17,200 nucleotides of DNA from Acidobacteriota bacterium (GTDB lineage Bacteria; Acidobacteriota; UBA6911; JACQSX01). Position 1 is the first letter of the stretch. The number at the start of each line of letters is the position of its first letter. The DNA is taken from NCBI GenBank assembly GCA_036507075.1, contig DASXQR010000049.1:1-17200 (forward strand), given 5' to 3'. Shown here one piece after another: positions 1 through 7,602 of the stretch. Below the pieces are notes generated by a model. It saw only the letters and a program-made list of their open reading frames with translations, was not told where the DNA came from and did not search any database. The position numbers and the translations under genes were made by a program.

Positions 1-120
1 AGCCTCCGTTTCGGCTGGAGGATGGATCGATCGAGAGATGAATTTCAAATCGATAACAAACATTTTTGGACCGAAACTCATGTTAGTTAATAGCTTAAGA
101 GATTTTCGTAAAACCTTAAC

Positions 121-153
121 CGGACAGTAGTGACAACGGACCACTGACAACTG
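121..153. repeat. Short degenerate heptamer tandem repeat (TGACAAC/GGACCAC)
   Basis: CGGACAGTAG-TGACAAC-GGACCAC-TGACAAC-TGA with a 7-nt period. Confidence 0.45.
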
Positions 154-166
154 AAGCCTTTTATTC

Positions 167-196
167 TTGCCCTCTTCAGAAGCGCAAACTTAGAAT
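167..196 (+). promoter_or_regulatory. Putative sigma70 promoter for the accB operon (-35 TTGCCC, 18-bp spacer, -10 TAGAAT)
   Basis: TTGCCC at 167-172 and TAGAAT at 191-196 in an AT-rich spacer about 30 nt upstream of the likely accB start at 228. Confidence 0.45.
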
Positions 197-227
197 GAGC
201 CTTTCAGGCGCCAGCCCAAAAGGGAAG

Positions 228-704
228 ATGAACTTAAAGGAAATCAAGGAGTTGGTTGAATTCGTCGTCAGGCAGGAATTGAACGAATTCGAGTACGAGC
301 AGTCAGGTTTCAAAATAAAGATCCGCCGCGGTTTGCCCGTGGTCGTGTCGCCGGCTCCATTTGCTTCCTCCTCCGAGAATCCGGCAGCAGAAACCTCCGC
401 GCTCCCTGCTGCCACGCGCCCCGCCAGGGAAGCTGCGGGCAAGACCGAGGTGGGTGCGGACGTGTACATCGTCAAATCCCCGATTGTAGGCACCTTTTAC
501 CGGTCTGCAAGCCCGGACGCAGAGGCTTTCTCAAAGGTGGGCGATATGGTGGAGAAAGGATCGGTGCTTTGCATTATTGAAGCCATGAAGCTGATGAACG
601 AAATAGAGTCCGAAGTGGCCGGAGAAGTCGTTGAAATCTATGTCGAAAATGGAAATCCGGTCGAATACGGACAGCCCCTCTTTGCCATCCGCACCCGCTC
701 CTGA
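228..704 (+). CDS. accB: Acetyl-CoA carboxylase biotin carboxyl carrier protein
   Basis: N-terminus [11 protein letters not shown], Ala/Pro-rich linker, [10 protein letters not shown], biotinylation motif [11 protein letters not shown] 228 follows AAAGGGAAG. The ORF-track start at 195 overlaps the predicted -10. Confidence 0.96.
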   Translation: MNLKEIKELVEFVVRQELNEFEYEQSGFKIKIRRGLPVVVSPAPFASSSENPAAETSALPAATRPAREAAGKTEVGADVYIVKSPIVGTFYRSASPDAEAFSKVGDMVEKGSVLCIIEAMKLMNEIESEVAGEVVEIYVENGNPVEYGQPLFAIRTRS

Positions 705-2053
705 TGTTTAAGAAAATCCTGATCGCAAACCGGGGTGAAATCGCCCTGCGAGTCATTTCCGCCTGCAAGGAAATGGGCATCGCAACCGTGGCGGTTTATT
801 CCGAAGTCGACCGAAACTCTCTGCATGTCCGGTTCGCCGATGAGGCCGTGTGCATCGGGCCGGCGCACAACTATGACAGTTACCTCAACGTTCCCAGCGT
901 CATCAGCGCAGCCGAGATTACCAACGTGGACGCGATCCATCCCGGGTACGGTTTTCTTGCCGAAAGCGCCTACTTTGCCGAAGTGTGCGAGACCTGTCAC
1001 ATCAGCTTTATCGGTCCGAGCCCGCGAATCATAGACATGATGGGAGAGAAGGCCCAGGCGCGGGAAATCATGCAACAGGCGGGAATTCCCACGTTACCGG
1101 GAACAGGAATCTTAAGCGCAGAGTTAAGCCAGACGACGCGACTGGCGGAGCAAATCGGTTATCCGCTGATCATTAAAGCTTCGGCAGGGGGCGGTGGACG
1201 AGGCATGCGCATCGCGCGCGATGAAACCGACTTGCGCAAGGCGCTCGATCACGCGCAGAGCGAGGCGGCCAGCGCGTTCGGCTCATCACGGGTCTACCTG
1301 GAAAAGTACCTTTCCACGCCGCGCCACATTGAATTTCAGGTGCTGGCCGACAGCCACGGAAACGTCATCCACCTGGGAGAGCGCGAGTGCTCGATCCAGC
1401 GCCGCCATCAAAAACTGCTGGAAGAATCTCCTTCCGTTGTGGTCACCCCCGAAATTCGGCACTCGCTCGGCAAGAAGGTCACTGACGCAATGCGCAAGAT
1501 CGGCTACGTGAGCGCGGGAACGGTCGAATTTCTGTTCGATTCCTCCGGGCAGTTCTATTTCATCGAAATGAATACGCGCGTGCAGGTCGAACACCCCGTA
1601 ACCGAGATGATTACCGGAGTAGACATTGTGAAGGAGCAGATTCGCATCGCCGCGGGCGAGCGACTGCAGTACCATCAGGAAGACATCGAGTGGCGGGGCC
1701 ACAGCCTGGAATGCAGGATTAACGCCGAAGATCCGAAGACGTTTGCGCCCTCTCCCGGCCGCTTATCGGCGTTCAATCCACCGGGCGGACCGGGAGTGCG
1801 TGTGGACACGGCAGCATACTCGGAATATGAGATTCCTCCCCATTATGATTCTTTGATCGCCAAGCTGATCGTGCATACACCGAGCCGGGAAGAGAGCCTG
1901 CGGCGCATGAAGCGCGCCCTGGATATGTTCGTGATTCGGGGAGTGAAGACGACCATTCCCCTTCATCAGGAGATCCTGAGCGACCCGGATTTCATACGCG
2001 GAAATATGAGCACCGCTTTTATGGACGAATTTCGCAAAAACTTCCCAAAGTAG
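704..2053 (+). CDS. accC: Acetyl-CoA carboxylase biotin carboxylase subunit
   Basis: [58 protein letters not shown] and RINAEDP motifs. TGATG overlap with accB. Confidence 0.98.
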   Translation: MFKKILIANRGEIALRVISACKEMGIATVAVYSEVDRNSLHVRFADEAVCIGPAHNYDSYLNVPSVISAAEITNVDAIHPGYGFLAESAYFAEVCETCHISFIGPSPRIIDMMGEKAQAREIMQQAGIPTLPGTGILSAELSQTTRLAEQIGYPLIIKASAGGGGRGMRIARDETDLRKALDHAQSEAASAFGSSRVYLEKYLSTPRHIEFQVLADSHGNVIHLGERECSIQRRHQKLLEESPSVVVTPEIRHSLGKKVTDAMRKIGYVSAGTVEFLFDSSGQFYFIEMNTRVQVEHPVTEMITGVDIVKEQIRIAAGERLQYHQEDIEWRGHSLECRINAEDPKTFAPSPGRLSAFNPPGGPGVRVDTAAYSEYEIPPHYDSLIAKLIVHTPSREESLRRMKRALDMFVIRGVKTTIPLHQEILSDPDFIRGNMSTAFMDEFRKNFPK

Positions 2054-2673
2054 TGTTACTTCCTCCGGTTTATCCGATCACTGACCCTCTTGTGGCGGGA
2101 GTCCCTACGCACGCAGAACTGATATCCAGGCTGCTGCGCGGAGGCGCCACCTGGATTCAGATCCGCGAAAAGAAACTCTCGGATGATGCGCTGCTGGCGC
2201 AACTGAAGCCGGCCCTGGAGCGGCTGGAATCGGGAATTTCGCTGATCATCAATGATCGCGTGGGACTGGCCGCCACGGCCGGAATCGCCGGAGTGCACCT
2301 GGGGCAGGACGATGCCCCGGTGGCACAGGCCCGAGCGGCGCTGCCCAAAGCCATCATCGGAATTTCGACCCACAGCCTCGAACAGGCCCTCAGGGCCGCG
2401 CAACTGCCGGTGGATTATGTTTCCATCGGCCCGGTTTTTCCCACTACCACTAAGACCGGCAACCCGCCACTGGGGTTGGAAGTGGTTCGCAGGGTGCGCA
2501 GTGTGGTCGCCAAGCCGCTGGTAGCTATAGGGGGCATCTCGCCGGCCAATGCGGCGCAACTCTGGAAGCTGGGAGTTGAAACCGTGGCTGTGGTTTCCGA
2601 CATCATGCGCAGTGCAGACATGGAAGGACGCGTGCGGCGCTATCTTCAACTCTGGAGCGACCTTCATGCTTGA
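2053..2673 (+). CDS. thiE: Thiamine phosphate synthase
   Basis: QIREK, LIINDR, GVHLGQDD, IGISTHS, IGPVFPTTTK and PLVAIGGI motifs. GTG start overlaps the accC stop (TAGTG). Confidence 0.93.
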   Translation: MLLPPVYPITDPLVAGVPTHAELISRLLRGGATWIQIREKKLSDDALLAQLKPALERLESGISLIINDRVGLAATAGIAGVHLGQDDAPVAQARAALPKAIIGISTHSLEQALRAAQLPVDYVSIGPVFPTTTKTGNPPLGLEVVRRVRSVVAKPLVAIGGISPANAAQLWKLGVETVAVVSDIMRSADMEGRVRRYLQLWSDLHA

Positions 2674-3256
2674 TATCGTTCTGCTCGAAAGAGACGGAAA
2701 TCATTTCTTCTACTTCGAGGAGAAGTCCCGCGAAGAGGTAAACGATCCCATCACGCCTAGTTTTAGGGCGCGGGTGAAGCGAAAACTGAAGAAAGCCCAC
2801 CAGGCGGTGGAGCAGCGGCTCTCGCTCGACGAACGCCTCTGCTCGCATTTGCGCTTCCATGATGAAGCTGTCCTTCACGCTCCCACGAGCTTTTCAGAAG
2901 AGCGGACAGCGAAATTATTCTTAAGTTTCGTCGAAGAGTGTGTTAAAAAACATCGTAGATGGGCACTGGCGGATGGGATTCTGGCGGTTTTCGGGACCGC
3001 TCTCGTCTGGGTACCCGGGCCGAACGTCTTCTTTCTGTATCCCGCCCTGCGCGCTTTGGGACACTATCACGCCCAGTCTGGGGGCTCACGGCACCTGAAT
3101 CCAGGCGGGCCGTCAGTGCGATCCTGTTCCTTGCTGGATGACTTTTCGACTTTGGCGCCGGATAAGATGCTGCACAGGGCTGAACTGATTGAAAAGGAGT
3201 TTGGGTTTACACAATTGCGTGACTTTCTGAGAAAAAAATATGCCCTTGTCTTGTGA
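2666..3256 (+). CDS. Hypothetical membrane-associated protein resembling the mitochondrial K+/H+ exchange-related (Mit_KHE1-like) family
   Basis: ATG 2666 overlaps the thiE end by 8 nt. Basic patch KKHRRW, a hydrophobic hairpin, then VPGPNVFFLYPALRALGHYHA..G..HL, similar from memory to the PxxPN.PxFY..YR...H..A..G..HL motif of Mit_KHE1. Confidence 0.6.
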   Translation: MLDIVLLERDGNHFFYFEEKSREEVNDPITPSFRARVKRKLKKAHQAVEQRLSLDERLCSHLRFHDEAVLHAPTSFSEERTAKLFLSFVEECVKKHRRWALADGILAVFGTALVWVPGPNVFFLYPALRALGHYHAQSGGSRHLNPGGPSVRSCSLLDDFSTLAPDKMLHRAELIEKEFGFTQLRDFLRKKYALVL

Positions 3257-3926
3257 ATTCCTTCGTACCGTGTCTCTGTTTGAGAGTCTTTCAGAGCTGG
3301 AACTGAAAGAAGTGATGAAGGTCTTTAAAGAACAGGAGTTCAAAAAAGGCGACATCATCCTGATGGAGGAAGATACCAGCAAATACATGTACATCGTCCT
3401 GGACGGACGCGTTAAAGTTGCCCGGCTCCTGCCGAGCGGCAAGGAAATGATCCTGGCGTTCCACGAAAAGGGCGATTACTTCGGCGAGATGTCTTTGATC
3501 GACGGCGGCACAACTCCGGCCACCGTCACCGCCATGAGTCCCACCAACATCGCATTTGTGGGAAAGAAAGACTTCACGCACAGCCTGCTGATCCACCCGA
3601 AGGTCAACTATGCCATGCTTACCATGCTCTGCACCCGCTGCCGGGATGCGTGGACGCAGATTGAAGTTCTTACCTTTAATAACGCGGATGCCAGAATCCG
3701 TACCGCGCTGTTTCATCTTTGCCAGAAGAAGGGCGAAAGAACCGCCGACGGGGTTCGCATCAGCCTGCATCTGACCCACAAGGAAATCGCGGATATGACC
3801 GGAATATCCCGCGAAACTGCCACTCGCGTGCTCAACAATCTGCAGCACAAGAATGTTCTCACGGTCGAGACAAAGCACTATATCGTCCACGATCCGGAGA
3901 TGCTGATGACGCCGTTCATGGTGTGA
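3240..3926 (+). CDS. Crp/Fnr family transcriptional regulator
   Basis: cNMP-binding fold motifs (MYIVLDGRVKV, GDYFGEMSL) and C-terminal HTH LTHKEIADMTGISRETATRVL. Confidence 0.95.
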   Translation: MPLSCEFLRTVSLFESLSELELKEVMKVFKEQEFKKGDIILMEEDTSKYMYIVLDGRVKVARLLPSGKEMILAFHEKGDYFGEMSLIDGGTTPATVTAMSPTNIAFVGKKDFTHSLLIHPKVNYAMLTMLCTRCRDAWTQIEVLTFNNADARIRTALFHLCQKKGERTADGVRISLHLTHKEIADMTGISRETATRVLNNLQHKNVLTVETKHYIVHDPEMLMTPFMV

Positions 3927-3957
3927 AAACGGCTCCGGCAACATGAAAGTTCGGTAA

Positions 3958-4003
3958 CTTGGTGCCTTGGTGGTTAAAGAATTTCAACCACTAAGGCACC
4001 AAG
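3958..4003. repeat. 18-bp inverted repeat (hairpin) after the Crp gene; possible terminator or palindromic repeat element
   Basis: CTTGGTGCCTTGGTGGTT (3958-3975) and AACCACTAAGGCACCAAG (3986-4003): 17/18 Watson-Crick pairs plus one G-U. No U-tract follows. Confidence 0.8.
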
Positions 4004-4051
4004 CCAGATTCCGAAATCTCTCCTGTAAGTGCCATGGCGGCTGAAGGTTAA

Positions 4052-4066
4052 CGGCAATTTTTGCCG
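4052..4066. promoter_or_regulatory. Palindromic putative regulator site CGGCAATTTTTGCCG
   Basis: CGGCAA-TTT-TTGCCG; same 15-bp pattern as TGACATTTTTTGTCA at 7354-7368. Confidence 0.5.
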
Positions 4067-4085
4067 CTCCAGCTCAGGTGACGTG

Positions 4086-4100
4086 TGGCACCGAATTTGC
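4086..4100 (+). promoter_or_regulatory. Sigma54 (RpoN) -24/-12 promoter for the minor pilin operon
   Basis: TGGCAC-CGAAT-TTGC matches TGGCAC-N5-TTGC with exact GG-N10-GC spacing. Confidence 0.7.
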
Positions 4101-4102
4101 CC

Positions 4103-4118
4103 TGTGAGACACCTCACA
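4103..4118. promoter_or_regulatory. CRP-type binding site TGTGA-N6-TCACA
   Basis: TGTGA-GACACC-TCACA, 10/10 consensus match, directly downstream of a Crp gene with an RE...R recognition helix. Confidence 0.8.
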
Positions 4119-4139
4119 ACGCCGCGCTTGACAAGCCAG

Positions 4140-4145
4140 TAGACT
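4140..4145 (+). promoter_or_regulatory. Sigma70 -10 element (TAGACT) of a putative class II CRP-dependent promoter
   Basis: If the CRP box centre (4110.5) is -41.5, positions -12..-7 fall exactly on TAGACT, retaining the key T-12, A-11 and T-7. Confidence 0.6.
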
Positions 4146-4189
4146 TTTGGCTGCTCGGGGGAGAACCACTCGGGGGAGGACCATGAGAC

Positions 4190-4642
4190 ATGAGAAAAGA
4201 CCGGGGCTTTTCAACAATTGAAATCAGCATTGCCATAGCTATAATCCTGATTTTCTGCGCTATCGCCGTACCGTCCGTCGTTAATCTCACAAAGGAATAT
4301 CGCGTCACAACGGCCGCCGACAGGCTGGCCGGCGAAATTCAGACGGCGCGGCTCCTGGCCGTAAGCCGTAACACGCCTTTTCAACTGGTGATCGACCGCG
4401 CTAATCAGACATTCCAGGTAATCGACCCAGGCGATCCTGCAAATCCGCCGCGCGAACGTAAATCACTCCCGACCGGTGTGACTTTCAAACAGGGTGGCGG
4501 AGGTGACATTCTCACTTTCAACTCTCGAGGAAGCCTTGATCAGCAGAATCCGGCTCTCGTCACGCTAGGCAATGAGGCGCTGGAAATCAACGTTGGTGTG
4601 TCACGCTCGGGCTCGGTAACGACCCGCGCGGCCACCTATTGA
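4190..4642 (+). CDS. Type IV pilus minor pilin, FimT/FimU (GspH-like) family
   Basis: Class III signal peptide RKDRG|FSTIE plus hydrophobic helix, ARLLAVSRN, LTFNSRG, C-terminal VSRSGSV. RBS GGAGGA at 4175-4180. Confidence 0.85.
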   Translation: MRKDRGFSTIEISIAIAIILIFCAIAVPSVVNLTKEYRVTTAADRLAGEIQTARLLAVSRNTPFQLVIDRANQTFQVIDPGDPANPPRERKSLPTGVTFKQGGGGDILTFNSRGSLDQQNPALVTLGNEALEINVGVSRSGSVTTRAATY

Positions 4643-4652
4643 TGGGGAACCC

Positions 4653-5087
4653 ATGAAAACCAAGAAACCCAATTCCAGGGGTTTTACTTTACTGGAATCA
4701 TTAATCGGCATTCTGGTGCTGGCCATCGGACTGCTCGGGCTGGCCCAACTGCTGGGAATCGCCGTTACTCAAAGCGGAGCATCGCGTGAAATGACGATGG
4801 CAACCTCGGTAGCCCTGGACCAGATGGAGCGGCTGAAGGCGCTCTACAACAACGATCTGAAAACCAGCGCCAACTCTGGGGATCTGAGCTCGGGAAACCA
4901 TGGTCCGACGACCGTAAAACTGGTCGCGCCTGCCAACACCAACCAGGGTGATTATGAATTCCTGGTCAGTTGGATCGTGGTGAACAGCGGCCTCGAGAAG
5001 AAAATCACTCTGACGGTGGAACATCCGAGAGTTACGGATGTGGTGCACAACCGCACCGTCCAATTGGTTAATTATTTAGCGCCATGA
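4653..5087 (+). CDS. pilV: Type IV pilus minor pilin, PilV-like
   Basis: SRG|FTLLESLIGILVLAIGLLGLAQL and A...A.DQMERLK, typical of PilV; second in the operon. Confidence 0.8.
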   Translation: MKTKKPNSRGFTLLESLIGILVLAIGLLGLAQLLGIAVTQSGASREMTMATSVALDQMERLKALYNNDLKTSANSGDLSSGNHGPTTVKLVAPANTNQGDYEFLVSWIVVNSGLEKKITLTVEHPRVTDVVHNRTVQLVNYLAP

Positions 5088-5713
5088 AAAATCAAATTCG
5101 TCAACGCGGTTTCACTTTTCTGGAATTGATGGTTTCAATCACTATCCTGGCGATCCTGTCGGGTGGCGTATTTACGTTGTTCAACGCGACCCAGAAGCGC
5201 TACCAGGCCGAAAAAGAGTACGCCGAGACGGTGCAGAACGCCCGTGTCGCGCTGGACCTGCTGAGCCGCTGCATCCGACAGGCGGGAAACAACGAGGATC
5301 CGGCGGCCTTCGCGTTTGAGCCTTTGAGCTACGCGGGAAGCACGCTTACCATCCGCTCCGATCTGACCGGCTCGATTGCCGGAGGCAGCGTGCAACAGGC
5401 GACCGGCGATCCGGACGGCAAGCTGACGGCGGCTTACGAGACGATCACCATCAACTTCAACTCCAGCTCCAAGCAGATCGTGTTGAATGCCGGGTACGGT
5501 GAAGAGATCCTTGCCGAGAATATTAACAAACTGGAATTTAAGTTTTATGACAGCGCTGGAGTGGAAACGGCCACGATGAATGATGTCTCAAAAGTTTCGA
5601 TCACACTGGAGGCTCTGAGCAACGGATCAGATCCTCAATCCGGCAAGCGAAATTCCATTAAGCTGTCATCCAACGTGTATCTTCGCAGTAAAAGCTTTAC
5701 TCCGTTCACATAG
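5084..5713 (+). CDS. pilW: Type IV pilus minor pilin, PilW-like
   Basis: QRG|FTFLELMVSI, QNARVALDLLSRCIRQAG (PilW-type xxR.AG), ILAENI..LEF.FYD. ATGA overlap with pilV. Confidence 0.8.
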   Translation: MKNQIRQRGFTFLELMVSITILAILSGGVFTLFNATQKRYQAEKEYAETVQNARVALDLLSRCIRQAGNNEDPAAFAFEPLSYAGSTLTIRSDLTGSIAGGSVQQATGDPDGKLTAAYETITINFNSSSKQIVLNAGYGEEILAENINKLEFKFYDSAGVETATMNDVSKVSITLEALSNGSDPQSGKRNSIKLSSNVYLRSKSFTPFT

Positions 5714-5727
5714 GACGAGGAGGAAGT

Positions 5728-7182
5728 ATGAATAACCAAAAAGGGGCTGCCCTGATTTTCGTGATGATCGGGCTGGCTCTGCTCACATTAGTGGGGTTGG
5801 CACTGGCTTTTCAGAGCTCCACTGAATACAACATCAGCAATAACTTTATTACTTCGCAGCAGGCCCTGGCCATCGCGGATGGCGGAATCGCCGTCGGCAA
5901 AAGCTACCTGCGCGGAAAAGACTTCAACACCGTGCTGGCCAAGACAACCGATGTTCCGGCATTCGCAAGCGATGCGCAGTCGGAGGAAGGAACTTTCGCG
6001 GGACGCAATCCTATCGGTCGCCTCACCGCCCGCAGCTTCAAATTTGACGCTTACAGCAGCACGCAGACAGCGACCGCCCTTCCCGCGCTCAGTCTTGTAA
6101 CCTCGGCGATTTCGGGTTCAAAGTGGACCGTGCGTGGTTACATCGGCCAGCCCGGCGGGAACGCTTTGGGCGATGGCCTCTATTTTCTTAAGCTTTCGGA
6201 CAACAAAGACGAGGCGGCAATCCAGGATTACACGCATGATATCGACAACAAGGTTTACATGCGATCCGTCGGCGTGCACCGTGTAGACAAGAGCGACAAG
6301 GCGAATGGCTCGGGACGCACCCAGGCTTCTGTGGCTGTGATTGAAGCGCTCTTCAAGCGCGATCAGAGCTTCAACATCCAATCGCCTTTTGCCGTCCAGG
6401 GACCAAGCGTAAATGCCAGGTTTGACGGCAACTCGTTTGATATTGACGGGCGCAATTACAACGGTCTTACGCCGGACCAGATTCGAGCGGGTGGCGGAAA
6501 ACCTTCGGATATTGGCGCAGTGCCGGGCATCGGCGGCATCAACGACACTGGCTCCGGTCCTCTGACCGATTCCATCACTTCGGCCCTCAGCGGCAATCAG
6601 GGAGACAACATCAAGGGTGTGGACGCGAACGGAGTACCCGTCACTCCGGCAGTCGGTGACATTACGTCAGGGGTGAAAAGCGGTGGTGATTCCGCGAATG
6701 TGCTGGATCCGAACTGGATCGGCAATTTTATAGATCTGATTGGGGGCATCGGGGATATCACGTACAACGGCGACACGACCCTGAGCGGTAGCGGCATCAC
6801 TCTAGGTACGGATGCCGACCCAAAGCTCACTATTGTCAACGGTGATCTCCATGTATCCGGCAGTGGCGGCGGCGCTGGTGTTTTGATCGTCACTGGCAAT
6901 ATGGATTACCAGGGATCTTTCGACTTCAACGGCGTCATCATCGTTCTGGGCGAAACTCTGGACATCGGCGGAGCAAACAAGAGCATTATCGGAGGTTTGT
7001 TCTATGCGAACCTGGATAAAGACGGGAGCAACTATTCATGGGGTCCCGCGAGTTTTAACATCCACGGCAACAGCAACTTCTATTACCGCAGCGACTCGAT
7101 CAAGATGGGCTGGAGCCTGCTGCCTTTGAAGGTTCTGAGCTGGAGAGAAGTTCCTCCCGAACTCGACAAAGTGGGAAACTGA
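5728..7182 (+). CDS. pilX: PilX-like minor pilin with a long Gly/beta-rich C-terminal domain (copy 1)
   Basis: NQKG|AALIFVMIGLALLTLVG with no Glu5, as is typical of PilX/GspK; ISNNF...QQALAIADGGI; ends LKVLSWRE. Strong RBS GAGGAGG. Confidence 0.8.
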   Translation: MNNQKGAALIFVMIGLALLTLVGLALAFQSSTEYNISNNFITSQQALAIADGGIAVGKSYLRGKDFNTVLAKTTDVPAFASDAQSEEGTFAGRNPIGRLTARSFKFDAYSSTQTATALPALSLVTSAISGSKWTVRGYIGQPGGNALGDGLYFLKLSDNKDEAAIQDYTHDIDNKVYMRSVGVHRVDKSDKANGSGRTQASVAVIEALFKRDQSFNIQSPFAVQGPSVNARFDGNSFDIDGRNYNGLTPDQIRAGGGKPSDIGAVPGIGGINDTGSGPLTDSITSALSGNQGDNIKGVDANGVPVTPAVGDITSGVKSGGDSANVLDPNWIGNFIDLIGGIGDITYNGDTTLSGSGITLGTDADPKLTIVNGDLHVSGSGGGAGVLIVTGNMDYQGSFDFNGVIIVLGETLDIGGANKSIIGGLFYANLDKDGSNYSWGPASFNIHGNSNFYYRSDSIKMGWSLLPLKVLSWREVPPELDKVGN

Positions 7183-7208
7183 CAGCTCAGCCTGTAATCG
7201 ACCACACA

Positions 7209-7244
7209 GGGCCAGCCATGCAAAATGGCCGGCCCTTTTTTTTT
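7209..7244 (+). terminator. Rho-independent terminator 1 after pilX copy 1
   Basis: GGGCCAGCCAT-GCAAA-ATGGCCGGCCC stem (one mismatch) followed by T9. Confidence 0.85.
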
Positions 7245-7250
7245 GCGTGT

Positions 7251-7291
7251 AATCGACGCCACCGGGCTTGTCCCGGTGGCGTCGATTTTTT
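7251..7291 (+). terminator. Rho-independent terminator 2 (tandem)
   Basis: Perfect 16-bp stem AATCGACGCCACCGGG / CCCGGTGGCGTCGATT running into a T-tract. Confidence 0.8.
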
Positions 7292-7351
7292 CAGAGCGCG
7301 GCTGACGCCCCGCGGTTCTGACGCGTGTGCTGCGAGAGTTGGGGCCGAAGA

Positions 7352-7370
7352 AGTGACATTTTTTGTCACT
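7352..7370. promoter_or_regulatory. Palindromic putative regulator site AGTGACA-TTTTT-TGTCACT upstream of pilX copy 2
   Basis: Perfect 7-bp arms around a T5 spacer; same pattern as 4052-4066. Confidence 0.55.
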
Positions 7371-7602
7371 CGCTTGATGAATTCCCGTCCAACGGATCGG
7401 CTCGATGCGTTGGAACCCATTGACATATATAGAAAATTGTCTTTGGATTCTGAGTTGTCTTATAACCCCGGGTGCCATAAAGATCCACGCCGACGATTTG
7501 TCGTCCGGCTGCGGATCTTGCGGACTAGAATAGACATTGCCAACACCATGGAGACCGGGCAGAACCGTTAGTCGGCTTGCCGCGATCTCCAACGAGTAAA
7601 TT

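Noticed and set aside
4128..4133. TTGACA as the -35 of the pilin promoter
   Set aside because: No -10-like hexamer 16-18 nt downstream; TAGACT is only 6 nt away.
7352..7370. Second CRP box upstream of pilX copy 2
   Set aside because: AGTGA and TCACT are 9 nt apart, not 6, so it was treated as a different palindrome.
7183..7602. c-di-GMP riboswitch or small CDS (7218-7571) between the pilX copies
   Set aside because: No GEMM consensus is recognisable and the hairpins are explained as terminators. The ORF runs through both terminators and has no recognisable motifs.
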